64,000 bases of DNA from positions 73,718,001-73,782,000 of the forward strand of contig NC_043003.1 of NCBI RefSeq assembly GCF_006345805.1, written 5' to 3'. Source of the stretch: Octopus sinensis (Eukaryota). A model generated the notes under the pieces. That model was given only the letters and a program-made list of their open reading frames with translations. It ran no database searches and was not told the DNA's origin. How positions within the stretch are numbered: position 1 is the stretch's first letter; each line of letters opens with the position of its first letter. Shown in pieces: positions 26,125 through 39,906 of this stretch. Position numbers and translations under genes: made by a program.

Positions 26125-27888
26125 ACATATACACAGGCACGCATATGTACCTGTATAAATACACGCACATAAAAATTCTCACGACGCCCACATAACCATA
26201 CGTAGAAACAAAACACACAAAAACACACGCCTTTATACATGTATAAATATCCATGCATGCATACATATAGAGTTATCTGTTTATATGTCGTCAAGAAAAA
26301 GCGAAAAGAAAAACAGAAGTGCGCAGGAAGCAAAGATGGAGGAAGTGAAAATTGAATACGAGAGGTATCATAGTAAAAATTCGTGTAAAGTTTAAAAATC
26401 TTGACATGGTAACATTATTGAGATTGAAATACGGAATTTGTATTAATAGTCGCATGGTAACGAAACTATATATGGATAATCACTATCCAATCAAAATACA
26501 TCAATGTTCACTTGAATGGTTGCTGAAAACGAATTGAATACATCAATAAGTGATCTAGATGATAAAACTAGTACGAACTGAAATCAAATAGTAGGTCTCT
26601 ACGTGCTCAGTTGGTTTGCTAGATATAGCCAAGGGCAAAACTTAAATTTTCACAACTAGCCCTTTTTAAAAATAATGATTATGCGATGGCTACGAGTAAA
26701 AAAAAAATTGTGATCGAGAGACATATAACTGAAGCCTAAGTAATTAAAGCCGACTTCATTATCACACACTTGTGGCTGAAAATCAACAAGCGTTTACACT
26801 ATTTACAGTGACATGAGAGAAATGAAACATGATAGAATTGAAATTATCGTCAATCGTTCCAAATTTTCTGTGATACAAATTATTCGCGACAGAAGCACTA
26901 GTAAAATCAAAAGCTTTTGATAAAAATTGGCAATTACTCGGAACACACGTGAGTCTTCCTTCAATGTCCCTTGGCAGTTATTCCTTCTTTCGAGTAGCTT
27001 TTCTCTATTTTTGCATGTTGAATATTTTTGCATTCTGTTTTATAAACTTACATGATTCTACCACTCCATTTTGATCTGTCCGAATCAAACACTTCCGAAT
27101 CTTGATAAAAAATCTTCAAAGCCTGAGGTTTACCTTTATGAAATATTTATTCTTTCCCAGGATTCATGTCCTGGGCGCTATTTAGTGTTAATTTGCCATT
27201 AAGAAATTGCTTATGAATCTTGTATCATCTATTCTAATTAAATGATACTTTCAAATATTGATATCTCTTCAATGCTGGGAATAATCTTTTCTACCAGCTT
27301 ATGTTTAGGAGGTGCCTTGAACAGTTTTGGTGGGGCCTTTCAAGTGTATACAGAAAATACAGGGAGTTAGGTGGGTGGGGGGCAAATCTGCCTAATGTCT
27401 AATGAAACATCTCTCAGTCTCTGAGAACAACAGAACCAGAGCCCTAAAGGGGCAATAGCAGGGACAGCAGAGAGGTATTCCAGCTGGATCGGATCGAGCA
27501 ACAAACCCAACCTCCATACTGTTTGAAGGCAACATTTTCCCTTTTTAAATATGAGAGAAGTTAATCTGAGTGTATGATTGTGGTACCGTTGACGGTTCAC
27601 CGCTACCATGACAACCATCATTATTTCTATATCTGTATAATTTCCTAAACTGAGTCAACGGACGAGAGTTTGTACTAGACAAAATCGAAAAACAGCATAC
27701 ATGCGATAGCAACGTGGCAGAAATGTACCAGCAGAAGGGTATCTATGTATCATACACTGGATGCGGCCCGCCCACATAGAGTTTAAGAAGTTAAGGATCA
27801 AAGCACTTCCCTGGGCGAAGTAATATTTCTCAGAAGAACCATCTCTTCATCTCTCTTGAGGGAATATATATATATATTATATATATAT

Positions 27889-27931
<43 letters not shown>

Positions 27932-27949
27932 TACATTAATTATCATTAA

Positions 27950-28880
27950 AGTGGATATAATAACAATGAGAAACTCGTGCTTGTCGCTGGTATTCCTTTA
28001 ATTTAATTAGATAACAAAGAAGGAAGAAGCAGAGATGAAGGTAGCATTTTCGATCATTTCAATTTACTGGTTTAAGCAAATCTCTTCAAAATGCGAATAT
28101 AAATAGATGCATCGGATAGGATGCGAAAATAATTGATCTATATGTGATGGTAATATAAAACAAAGGTAGTAATTCTTACATTAAATTTTGTTCTTGTTCT
28201 GCTAAATTCGCTGCGTAGAGGTTTGCTTGTGGTAAACTGGTGAGTTTCGTTGGGTAATTAGGGCGGGGTGAGTATTATTTAGGTACGGGGTTTCTAGTTT
28301 AATTAAGCACATTTCTTTGCACGTGTGCATTCAATTTTTTTATAGTCTATGATTAGTTATCATCAGCGGTGTAGTGAAGGAGGTACTCTAACAGGGTGAA
28401 AAGGGAGCTAACTCGTACCAAAGTTTGGGTGGTTTGAAAATGTATTATGGCTCTTATTGCTACATTTTAGGAAGTTCTTAATGCTAGGCAGCCCTCTGTA
28501 TGTGCAAAGTGTATTATTATGGAATGTGGGGGCGAGTGGGTTATATTAATCTTGTTTTAGTATATGTTAGGAAGTTGGGTTCATTGTCTTTTATAGTGAT
28601 GCGAGGTCTGGATGGCATGAAGGGTTCTGTTTCGTCCGATAAGTTGTAGTCATTCATAATTTCCTTGGCTGATATGTTCACAGAGTTAAGGTGCTATATG
28701 GTGCTAATTTATATATTTTGGTGATTTCTTTTATGTAGCAGTTGTTGGTATAAGTTGAGATCCATGGTGTAAGAACTCCTAGTTTTGTCCGAGTGAACAA
28801 TAATTCCGTTCTGCTTCTTCCTTCTTTGTAATCTAATTAAATTAAGGGCAAACATGCGAAAACTCATTGTTACTATATCC
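27950..28880 (-). mobile_element. Fragment of a second PLE family (RT N-terminal part) with inverted terminal arms
   Basis: Minus strand: IVHSDKTRSSYTMDL..LLHK and RITIKDNEPNFLTYTKTRLI (cf. PLE ITLKDHKPNF..RLINP). Arms ~27952-28033 and ~28755-28880 are inverted copies. Confidence 0.65.
28044..28094 (-). ncRNA. Degenerate type I hammerhead in the 3' end of the second PLE
   Basis: gcatt-TTGAAGA-gattt(12 nt)aaatt-GAAA-tga-TC-gaaaatgc. C3 is missing and stem I register is offset by 3 nt. Confidence 0.35.
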
Positions 28881-29034
28881 ATCTTCTCCTATATAACCTA
28901 AACTACGGTTTATCAACCGAACCAGTTGCTAGCGGATAACCTTACAGAAGACTGTACCTACCCAGCTAATAAACAGGAACAACTTTGTATTTAATTATCC
29001 CTTAGCTGTATTATACCCCTGTAACTGATACCTA

Positions 29035-29173
<139 letters not shown>

Positions 29174-29204
29174 GTTATATATATATATATGTATATATAT
29201 ATAC

Positions 29205-29238
<34 letters not shown>

Positions 29239-29309
29239 GTATATATATATATATGTATGTATATATATATGCTCGTCTCCTTCTAGTACTTGGTTAACAG
29301 GATAGTGCT

Positions 29310-29650
29310 CACTGAGCTCGTTGGAAACAAACTTTGCACACATTTTATGCCTGTTCAGATCTTCATAAATACTTATGTGTACTGTTGGCATATCTAACCT
29401 AAACACTATTCGTGTTGCCACTATAGACACGCGGTGATCCTCCAGTAAATTGAGACTTTCCTCAACCAATTCTGATTTTCTAACATATCACTCCCTCCCA
29501 CAAATCTCGTCGTTTGACACCAATTCTCTACCAACCTTAAATCGTTTGTGCCAACAAAAAACAAAAAAATATTCATAAGCAGTCTGCAGGATTCCAAATG
29601 CTTCACTAGCGTTCTTGTGCAATTTAACACGAAACTTCATTGCGTAGCCT
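29310..29650 (-). mobile_element. Mariner transposase N-terminal fragment
   Basis: ..KLHKNASEAFGILQTAY.. then [35 protein letters not shown] (cf. EDRR.T....I....L...K.CARWVP). Confidence 0.6.
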
Positions 29651-29963
29651 ATTCCACACAGTCTCAAATGCTTTCTATAGAGTAGTAAGCTGTGGTAATT
29701 ATTATTAGTAGTGTGTGTTCAAAGTGTTCTTACAGTTGTCTCCTTCAATCTAGAATAGCAAAATTTGAAAGGTGAAATTTTACCATGTGTAATAATGATA
29801 TATAAAAATTACAATAATGTTGGACAGATATATACATATATCTGTTTAACGCAGGTGTAATTCAAATACTTTTACTTCCGACACATGTTTCTAAGATATC
29901 ACTGATATCTAACACTAACCCTAACCCTAGTTAACAAGGGAAAATGCATACACGCACATACAC

Positions 29964-29994
<31 letters not shown>

Positions 29995-30159
29995 TATGTA
30001 TGTATGTATGTATTTATGTATGTATGTAGGGAGGTATAGAGAGAGAGAAGAGAAAGAAACAGAGAAAGGGAGAGAGAGAAAGAGATGCAACAGTAATTAG
30101 GAAAGATAATATGTATGTTTAAATAGATTTGTGGCATACTTCAACTTCTTAAAACAATT

Positions 30160-30610
30160 TCACTGTGGTTTACCTTTAAGGAAATTTTCTCCCTTATGGT
30201 AAAAGTCGTAAACTCATAATTTTGAGCTGAAACAGCTCCTTGTGGAGCGCTAAACAAGTATTTCATGATACTTTGCCTTTTCGGTTGCAGGTACCAAAGA
30301 GAGGTTACCCTTAGCTTTCTATGACGTGTAATAGAGGACAACTGATTAAATTCATAATTAGCGTGAATCATTAATGGGAATAATGAAACGTTTGGTTCGT
30401 GATATATATCAACTTCTAAGTGCAATTTCACTGCAGTTTAAACATGTTAGACCAGGGTCGTCTCATTTGGTTGTGCTACTGAAGAAGGGCGATGCATGAA
30501 ATACGCATTTAGAGTTCCACACAGGGTGTTCTGATCTGATAATTGAGTGTTTAAACCTTTTACCATAAGTGAGAAAATTACTCGGCGGTAAACTGCATTT
30601 TAATTCTCTT
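30160..30610. repeat. Decayed MITE-like inverted repeat (~100-bp arms)
   Basis: aattttctcccttatggtaaaag..gtatttcatg (30183-30268) versus the reverse complement at ~30495-30580. Confidence 0.55.
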
Positions 30611-31480
30611 TAGAAGCTGAAACATGTCATAAGCATGTTTGAACACCCTTAAAATTTATATATACAATTAACGATTGAATGGTGAGGTCGTGTTATGGAA
30701 TGCGGTTTAAGTTCTGATATTATTATGTCTTCCGTTAAATGAAATCAGGATAGATATCAATAAACAAATGCAAAGGCAAGTTACAGTTGACCGTACTGAC
30801 ACATTTATTACTGTCGCTAAAATTAGATATAGCAAACTTGTAGGACATTAATAATTGTCAATATATTGTATATTGAAATGCCCATAAACATAAAGGTAAA
30901 GAGGTTAGAAAAGCCTGCTGATAGCAGAGAAAATTCTGGTTACAATTCTGTTTAAAATGTTGGTAGGACAAGAACCATATACATCACGATTTTGGTTATA
31001 GGTATGTTCAAAATGCTGGAGAGACGCGAAGCATAGCGTTAAGGATTCCACTTACAATGCTGCACAAAATTTTGAAGCTGCAAAGTGGAAAAAAAAACTG
31101 CTCTCACGTTAAAGATCTCAAACCGTTCGTAGCCAAAACTCAGCTCCCTATGTTTAACAGACAAATTCCTCCCATTTTGTAGTTGATGTACAGACACTAA
31201 GCTAATCCATCACGTTAAGGGGTGAGGCGGTCAGAGGAAAGCTACATTAGCTTGATCAACACGTGGTGAATCAAAATAGGTAGCTAAGAGTAAATATGCA
31301 GCCTGTAAGTAGCTGACCTTCAAGAGAGATCGTGCTTCTCCTATAGACACACGCACGCACGCATGCCCGCACACACGCACGCACGCACACACACATACAC
31401 ACACAAACACTTAAACATACATATACATATATACGTATATACATAATTACATGTCCGCTCAGGCAACACACGTACTTGCA

Positions 31481-31519
<39 letters not shown>

Positions 31520-31617
31520 ATATATATATATATATAATATTAGGGAATAAATCCAAATTTACAGGGAAAAATCAGATTTAGGATTGAATCCAATTTTATA
31601 GTAAAATATTATATAAT

Positions 31618-31863
31618 ATTAATTAGAGACAAAACCACTATTTTGCAAATCAAACAAGGAAAGATTTCATATCTTCTATTCAATTTTAAAGTTATGACTT
31701 CATAACTTTAAAATTGAATAGAAGATATGAAATCCACCTGATGAATGTCATTTGAAGACAGGAAACATTTGTAGTGGCGATTTATTTACTTTATATTAAA
31801 ATTTCTTAATGTATTGATTAAGTCTTTCCTTGTTTGATTTGCAAAATAGTGGTTTTGTCTCTA

Positions 31864-31869
<6 letters not shown>
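31618..31869. repeat. Nested fold-back element: perfect 47-bp outer arms and a perfect 35-bp inner hairpin
   Basis: 31618-31664 is the exact reverse complement of 31823-31869. 31663-31697 is the exact reverse complement of 31700-31734 (2-nt loop). Flanked by (TA)n. Confidence 0.95.
31734..31777 (+). ncRNA. Minimal type I hammerhead ribozyme
   Basis: ccac-CTGATGA-a-tgtc(atttgaa)gaca-g-GAAA-ca(tt)tg-TA-gtgg: stem I ccac/gtgg, near-palindromic stem III ACATTTGT, cleavage predicted after GUA at 31773. The 10.1:11.1 pair is an A-G mismatch. Confidence 0.7.
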
Positions 31870-31902
<33 letters not shown>

Positions 31903-32216
31903 AGAGAGAGAGATACATACATATATATACATGTAAATATACATATATGTGTATATATATATATTTATACATATACATATACGTATATACATAATTACAT
32001 GCGTATACGTTCCTGTCCGCTCACACAACACAAACAGATTCTTGCATGATTGTATATATATATATATATATAAATGTCTTACTTTTAAATGTCTTACTTT
32101 GAAAAATTGCATTCGGTTGGATTAGTAAAATTTTTGGTAGAAATGACTAATTTTGTCCCTCTTAGCGTGTGGCATGTATGTATAATAATGCCCTCTATAT
32201 ATAATATATATATATA

Positions 32217-32312
<96 letters not shown>

Positions 32313-33836
32313 TATATAATGCCCACTCTCTGTCCCTGAACTTATAAATATATATATTTCGATTTATTGATCCTTCGCAAAGTACACTATCTAGACTCTT
32401 TCTTTCACATTTGAGATGGCGAGAATCATGATATCCCTTGTAAGAATGAACAAGCCGAACTCATATAAGTAGCAGCATACTTCACTGAGATAAAGACAGG
32501 AGACATCACAGGGAGTCGAAATGTGTCATGCGTGAGTTTGTGGAGTTTCAGTAATTTGTTGAGAAGTTGTTAGAGTTCGTTGAGAGTTGTTTTGGATTGG
32601 TTACAGTTGTTGGCAGAGTATTTGGGAAGACATTTATTGGAGACAGTGTGTGCCTACCCCTTTCCGTGGTTCTATATATCACACTGTATTAGTGCACAAC
32701 ACTAAGGTGACGTAAACGGAAATCACCTTATAAAATTGGTGATGAGTTGACTCGAAGCTTACATTGGTCATTAACAATTTTTTATGATAACAAAAATTCT
32801 TTAATTATGGAAGCAAATACAGCAAGAGCTGCAGCAGGAGTAGCACCAACAACCACTACACAATATCTCAGCCATGTCGGCCTTCTTAGAGTATCATGTG
32901 AACCTTCTTTTTAGGCATCACGTGACACTAATGCGCAGATGTAAGCGTGTATGTTTAAACTTGTCCACATACATGGTTGTATATGTATGGATGTAACCAC
33001 TTGGATTTGTGTGGATGTGTATTTACGTACTTATTTCTATATATTTATAGTTGTGTTCTTATATGTGTATTTAATACTAATATACACTTTTATATATACA
33101 TTTATACGTAATTTTATTTTGTGTACGTTCGTTACACATATTCAGCCTCCTATCTTTCTTTCTTTCGTTCCTTCCTTGCGAAAAAGTACCCCTGCCCCTA
33201 TTCATTACTTCTATAGCATCCTTTAACTTTGCGCGACTTCCCCTTCTCTTACTCACCGCTAACTGTTACATATATGATCCTTCCCTTTTCTTTTTTTCAC
33301 CTCTCTGCGTTTTAGGTCTCGTCTATAAGTATACACCAAGTGATGTTTTGCATACGGGCATGATTGCGTACATATGTATACATATGTACATGTGTATTTG
33401 TGCGTATATTTACGCCGTGCATATATATGTCTGCATATGTATATAGTCTGTGTATATCCATCTCTGTATATTGATGTGTATATTTATATTGATAACTAAA
33501 TATGCGTATATACTGTTGTAAATTATTTACGTAATGCAGTGTGAAAATTTTAATTTTAATTAAAAATTTTAATGTATTAATTGCATTAAGCGAATTATAT
33601 TTCGTATCTAATTATTGCCAATACGTATTTTGAATCCGCTCTTGGATTTAAGGTTTTTCCTCGATTTTTATAATAGGATGAATTAATATTGAATTCATTT
33701 ATTTTGTTTATTTTGTTTATTGCATGCTTAAGACCGACATTTGAAGGGAACAAAGAAACAGACCCATATTTAAAGGTGCATCCTTTCAATAGTTTTGGTC
33801 ATATCGTTATTTCTGTTCTATTTTAACAAAACTGTC

Positions 33837-33866
33837 CCACGACGCGAACGTGGAACTCAGACTAAC
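33837..33866 (+). mobile_element. Possible Helitron 3' terminus (GC hairpin plus CTAA)
   Basis: ccacg-acgcgaa-cgtgg hairpin followed 8 nt later by ctaa (CTRR). The motif is short and could be chance. Confidence 0.25.
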
Positions 33867-34162
33867 TGCTTCTGCTATATTTCTGCTGCTTTTAAATAAA
33901 GTGTGTATGTACATATATATATCATATTTGTACTGTTTGCATATGGAAAAAAAATATGCTATTTGACTACATCTAATAACGCTTGAAGTTGCATAGTCAT
34001 TGTTCTTTATATCTTCTTTATCATTTTGTATGATTTATGTATGTCATCTGTTATTGACTCAATCGTAAACGAAGAATTGTTGTGATATTTGATTCCATAT
34101 ATTTGATATATGAGTGCGTATATATATATATATATATAATATATATATATATATTATATATA

Positions 34163-34228
<66 letters not shown>

Positions 34229-34264
34229 CGTGTGTATGCTTATATATGTATATATATATAAAAG

Positions 34265-34311
<47 letters not shown>

Positions 34312-34844
34312 ATGTGTGTGTGTGTGTGTGTGCGTGTGTATGCTTATATATGTATATATACTTATTTATACAGTGAGACAGAGAGGAAAATAAACATAGA
34401 CAGGCACTGGAAATAAAATATTTCGACGTAACTATACTTAGGACAATAAACACAACATTTTCATGAATTTTTAATAAGTTCAGTTGTTGAGAATGACAAA
34501 TTTTTATCTGAATGATTAATACGAAAAACATTTAAACGAAGCACAGAATGTCAGATGAAACAAATATAATTCGAAATTATTTATTAGCCCATGATCAGGA
34601 ATATGTTTCTGCTGACTGAATTTAGAGACCGTCATCATCAACTAGCTTGCAGAGAATGAGAATCTGAATAGTTACTAACCACCACAGTCAAGAAGAATGC
34701 GATTTTCGATAGCCTAGCGTTATAAAAAATGAAACACAAAGTAAACGATTCCAGCGATGAACTGATCGCTAATTTTAAAAGATTATTTATACAGTTATAC
34801 TTTGCGAAGTATAATAACTCCGCCATACAAAGAAATGATGATGA

Positions 34845-34861
34845 TATGATAAGAACAATGA

Positions 34862-34941
<80 letters not shown>

Positions 34942-34955
34942 CTACTAGAACTACA

Positions 34956-35007
<52 letters not shown>

Positions 35008-35110
35008 GGAAATACTAATAATAATAAAAACAGATGCTGATAATGATAAAATAAAGATAATGATAATATAATGCAGCTGCTAATACTACAAATACTACAA
35101 CTACTACTAT
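34845..35110. repeat. Compound trinucleotide microsatellite (TAC)n(TGC)n(AAT)n
   Basis: Directly visible; source of the poly-L/I/S ORFs. Confidence 0.95.
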
Positions 35111-35269
35111 TCTTATAGCACAGGAATCTGAGGCCCAAACAATAATACAAGTGATATCATTGATAATAATAAAAATAATGAAAGGAGCAGGTAGAGTCTC
35201 CCCATGTCCTGATTAATGATACAGCTAGTGATGGTGTCACAATAAAATAAAAACACTGGTAATTGCGCA

Positions 35270-37289
35270 ACCTGGTAATCGCTACCTCATATGCGTGACA
35301 ATGAATGGACAAAATGTTGTGAATAACGGTGGTAATGGAAGTGGAGCCATTGATAGTGACATAGTTCCACCCGGCAGGCTCAGAGATTCTGATCCGGCTT
35401 CCGCCTGTCGAATTCTAGAAAGAGACCACCACACACAGCGTTGATGGAGGAAGCAAATTAATGCAGTGGTCATGGAGCGTTACTAACTGAGCAACCCGCT
35501 AGATGAAAATGGTGCTCAAATTAGGTGTTACCGACAACGTATGTATGATCATTGGAGGGAAAAAAGTATAGTTTCAACTATTGCTAGGGCAATAAGAAAA
35601 AAATCTTTTGTTCGCAGAAGTAGAGCTCGAAGCTATCAAAAGGCGGATCTCGGAAAATAGCAGCAAAAATAATGATGAAAATACAGTTCTAATAAAAGTA
35701 ATCTCAATGCACAGGAAAGAATCAGTGGTAGATTACTTGATGAGAGACATAAAGATGATCTAAAAGAAGACAATAAAACTAATGGCTATATAACAGGTAA
35801 ACAAAAGGCAATCTACGACAAATGTCAATGATATTCTGAAATACATCAGAACAAACAACATCCCAAAAACAAATAATTTGATCATGGTAGCAGTATTGCT
35901 TTAGCAGAAAATGTGATGTCAAGGAAAAAGAAATATAATGGGAGTGACAAAAGGTAAGAAGCATGGTGGGAAAAAAGGCCGTGTTAGATATGCTCTCGAA
36001 CGAAATTTCTGTGTTAGACCGAAAAGAGAAAGGGGAGCTTAATAGCGAACAAAAATACAGGGCACTGAAAAGGAAGTATAATATTGAAAGAAACGGTCTG
36101 AAATTGGTAATGGAAGAAATGAAACAGCGCCTCGTTGCAAAGAAAGCAAATATGTTAAAGTACGGCCAAAGAATTAAAGGTTACCACCAGAATAGATTAT
36201 TCAGAGGAGATCAGAAGAGATTCTCTAAAGAAATAAATTGAGAGTGTACAGATGAAAAGTTGAAACCAGATAACAATGAAAGTCAACGGTTTTGGAGTAA
36301 CATCTGAACCAAAGTCAAGGAGCACAAGAAGGATGTTGAATGGTTGTAAGAACTGAAACAAACAGTAGTCTGTTCAAAACAGGCAAAACTAGTCATTTCA
36401 TTTAGGGAAGTCAAGGAAATCACCAAAAAGATGGGCCAAAAAAGTGACACAGACAGACTAAAAGTGATTTAAAACAGGAAACATAGGCAAAACATAGGCT
36501 GTAATCTGTGTTTCCCAATAGCAAACACTAAGAAAAAACTATAAAATTCAGAATAAACAACACATCAGAAAGTGATATGTGCAGAACGTGTAGACAAAAT
36601 GGTGAAACCGTATGGCATATTGCCAGCCAATGCACGCCACTAGCCCAGGAGGAATATACGAGTGGCCACAACAATATAGCAAAGCTTGTCCACTGGACGT
36701 TTTGCGACATGCATTGTCTTGACAGACAAAAAAATTGGTACAACCACGATCTCGAAGGCATCATCGAAAATGATAATGCAAAGATCCTGTGGGCTCTTAT
36801 GATTCAGTACGACCATAAGATAGAAAATAGAATGCCAGATAAAGTGTTAATTGAGAAAAACAGCAAACTATGCTGGATCATAGATGTTGCATGCCCAGCT
36901 GACAACAAGCTATGCGATAAGGAAGAAAGAGATGTCGATAGGAATGGCGGGTTAGCTTAGGAAGTTAAGCAGCTATGGTCAATGAAAAAGGGGGTAGTGA
37001 TATCAATAATTGTCAGAGCCCTGGGAACAGTAAGTAAAAATCTCGATAAGTACAGGAAACAAATAGGGGCTGCAATAAGTGTGGACCACTTGCAGAAAAC
37101 AGCACTGCTTGGAACCGCACGAATACTCCGGGAGATCCTCGAAAAATAAGAAGTGTTACATTAATTCACAGGTAGTGAACAGCTGACACGGTAGTACATC
37201 TCCAGCGTTAGAAGATGTGCAAAGGCAATAATAATAATAATAATAATAACAATAATAATAATAATAATAATAATAACAACAACAACAAC

Positions 37290-37370
<81 letters not shown>

Positions 37371-37380
37371 AATAATAATT
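35270..37380 (+). mobile_element. R4/Dong-like RLE LINE deletion derivative lacking the RT core, with an (AAT)n tail
   Basis: N-terminal region (YRQRMYDHWRE; KYNIERNGL..LFRGDQKRF), jump at ~36435 to KSDTDRL, then CRTC..HIASQC (CCHC), RMPDKVLIE..IIDVACPAD (RLE), LLGTARILREILEK* (~37148), tail 37227-37379. Confidence 0.85.
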
Positions 37381-38067
37381 TAAAACCTTAATATCTACAA
37401 TTTTGTGTGAAAAGTTTCCTTCTTTCCACCCTGACTACCAGGATATGTAAATATATCTTTTATCGCAGCAACACTATTAAATGCACCATAAAAAAATTGA
37501 AGGTGGTAGGCACTTGCCAATATATACACAATGCGAAAGAAAAATTCCGAAGGAAAAATTGAAAAGTTCAAGAGTTCAACGAGATGAACAGTATATATAT
37601 ATAGTTATTTTTTTTCTATCGGTCATTGAAAATAGGTGAATTGGTTCTTTTCAAGGCCAAGTTCAGTGCTTTCATTGATCACTAGTAGCAGTGAACACAT
37701 TTGTCTTCTGGTGACGTGAAGTGTGAGGCCACATTTGTCTTCTTATTGCACAGGAATGTTTCATTTATTATCACTTCACCATCTGCCGAATCTATTTACA
37801 GACCTGTGGAATTTAATCTATTCAACAAGTTGTTTCTCTTGCTCCTACTATTCCCTAAAGCACTCACATATTTATGATTAACTCAAGTACAAGACAAAAT
37901 GTTAAAACTAAAGAATATTCCATAACACCTTTTAATAATAAATGTAAATAGTAATAATGAGGATAATAATACTGATAATGATAATAATGATAATAATAAT
38001 GATTTAGTCAAAACTCTTGTTGGATCAGAGGAAATATTAAAACTCACAAATAGTAAAGAAATGAAAA

Positions 38068-38120
38068 TAGTAGTAGTAGTAGTACTACTACTACTACTAC
38101 TACTACTAGTAGTAGTAGTA

Positions 38121-38168
<48 letters not shown>

Positions 38169-38280
38169 ATAATAATAATAATAATAATAACAACAACAAC
38201 AACAGCAGCAACAACAGCAGCAGCAACAACAACAACAACAACAATAATAATAATATGAAGAATAACGATAAGAATAATAA
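38068..38280. repeat. Compound microsatellite (TAG)n(TAC)n(TAG)n(AAT)n(AAC/AGC)n
   Basis: Directly visible. Confidence 0.95.
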
Positions 38281-39529
38281 GAGGCAGATGCGATTGCAAC
38301 AGATGTTTGAACGATATTTCGAGAGCTGTCTTCATCGAGTTCAGAATAAAAAGTGATACATAGAAGTTCAAAATGATAGAAATTCACATCCAAAATTTGA
38401 ACGACGCAGCCAGCGTTCTCACGAAAATGGATCGACATCAACCGTCTTCAATTTTCTTGTTCAGAGCTGGCAAAAAGAAAAAAGAAAGAGTGAAAAAGGT
38501 AAAGAAAAAAGTACAGAGAAAAGACGGATATTTTAAGCAAAAAATTTTTTTATAAATATGATGAAATTCTCCCGTTAATTTATTCATCTTTTCAGGACGT
38601 GATGTTAAAAACTAACTAACATATATCTCCTCATGCATTTTCAGAACCGAATGTGTAGCAGATATAGAATATTTTCTGAGAACAAACAGTTTAAATTCTT
38701 TTTCAAAATTTCAGCCGTTTGATGTAAAATTTTCGGCAAGTTCTGTCGAACTGCTGTTATTGTGTCTGACGTCATATCTGTGTCAATTTAATCTTTTGTT
38801 TAATTACTCTGTTGTACAACTAACATAAATCAAGTTGTGTTTGGTGCATTCTGCTGCGTACACAAAATGGAAATCTCTACACGTCCGTTTAATTCATAAC
38901 ATTTCTGTTATGATTCATTATGGAATCGACTTGACACACATTGTTGCACAGTGAACACGGCTTACCTCCCTTGCCGCTGTTTTTCAAGGTGCAGCGTGCA
39001 GAAACTCCGATGATAGTTTTCAACTATTGAAGTAGTTTTTAATAATTCTCTTATGTTTTGATTCGGTCTAAAGACTACAAGCAGAGGAAATATATGTTTG
39101 AAACGAGGATATTTTTCCGCAACATGCTGGTAACTTGCATGCAGCACTTTCGAAATGCCAGCGAAATTTCGGTGCCAGTTAATCACTAAAGGAATTCTGT
39201 CAAATATTGTACTTCATTTGTAAAATTATCCATGGAAAGTTGACGTCTTTGCTAATCATAGCTATGTCACTTACAATTTCCTTCAATCGTGATCCACTAT
39301 AACTGCCTTTGGCATAATTGTGTACAAGACCATTTGCGTGTTTCCAGTAATTACCTATAGCAGTACAACTCGTTTTATTTTCAAAAATTGGGATATCGAA
39401 TTGGACGGATTTATATGATGTGGATGATTGGAACGGCGGCGGAGATAAATGTGGGATGAAATTCAATTCTAAAATAACTTTGCCATTATTCTGCCCCCAG
39501 AAAACTTTATTACATCGACCCCAGTACAG

Positions 39530-39837
39530 GTATGATAGAGGTGCACAATGTATTCACTGGGCAGTTTGTAAAACCTGGACCTACCCCATGACAAAAACTG
39601 TTGGAAACGCAAACCACATACAGTTCTTGAAAATGATCACATCGCACTCCTCTGGAACTTCATCATTCAAACTGACAGAAAGACAGATGCAAATACGCCA
39701 GACATTATATTGAAAGACTTCAGACAAAATTCCTGCCTCCTCATTCATATGACTGTCCCAATCGACATAAACCTATCTGTCAAGAACTACCAAACACTGA
39801 GCAAGTTTAACGATCTTGAGATAGAAATTGTTTAAAC

Positions 39838-39906
<69 letters not shown>

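Noticed and set aside
28895-28935. cggtt-tatc-aaccg hairpin followed by aaccagttgcta
   Set aside because: Needs several substitutions in both core strands to form a hammerhead.
32465-32535. ctgagat..gac/gtc-gaaatgtgtc, resembling a CpG-decayed GAAACGCGTC hammerhead
   Set aside because: The CUGANGA core is incomplete and the stem I strand is not adjacent to it.
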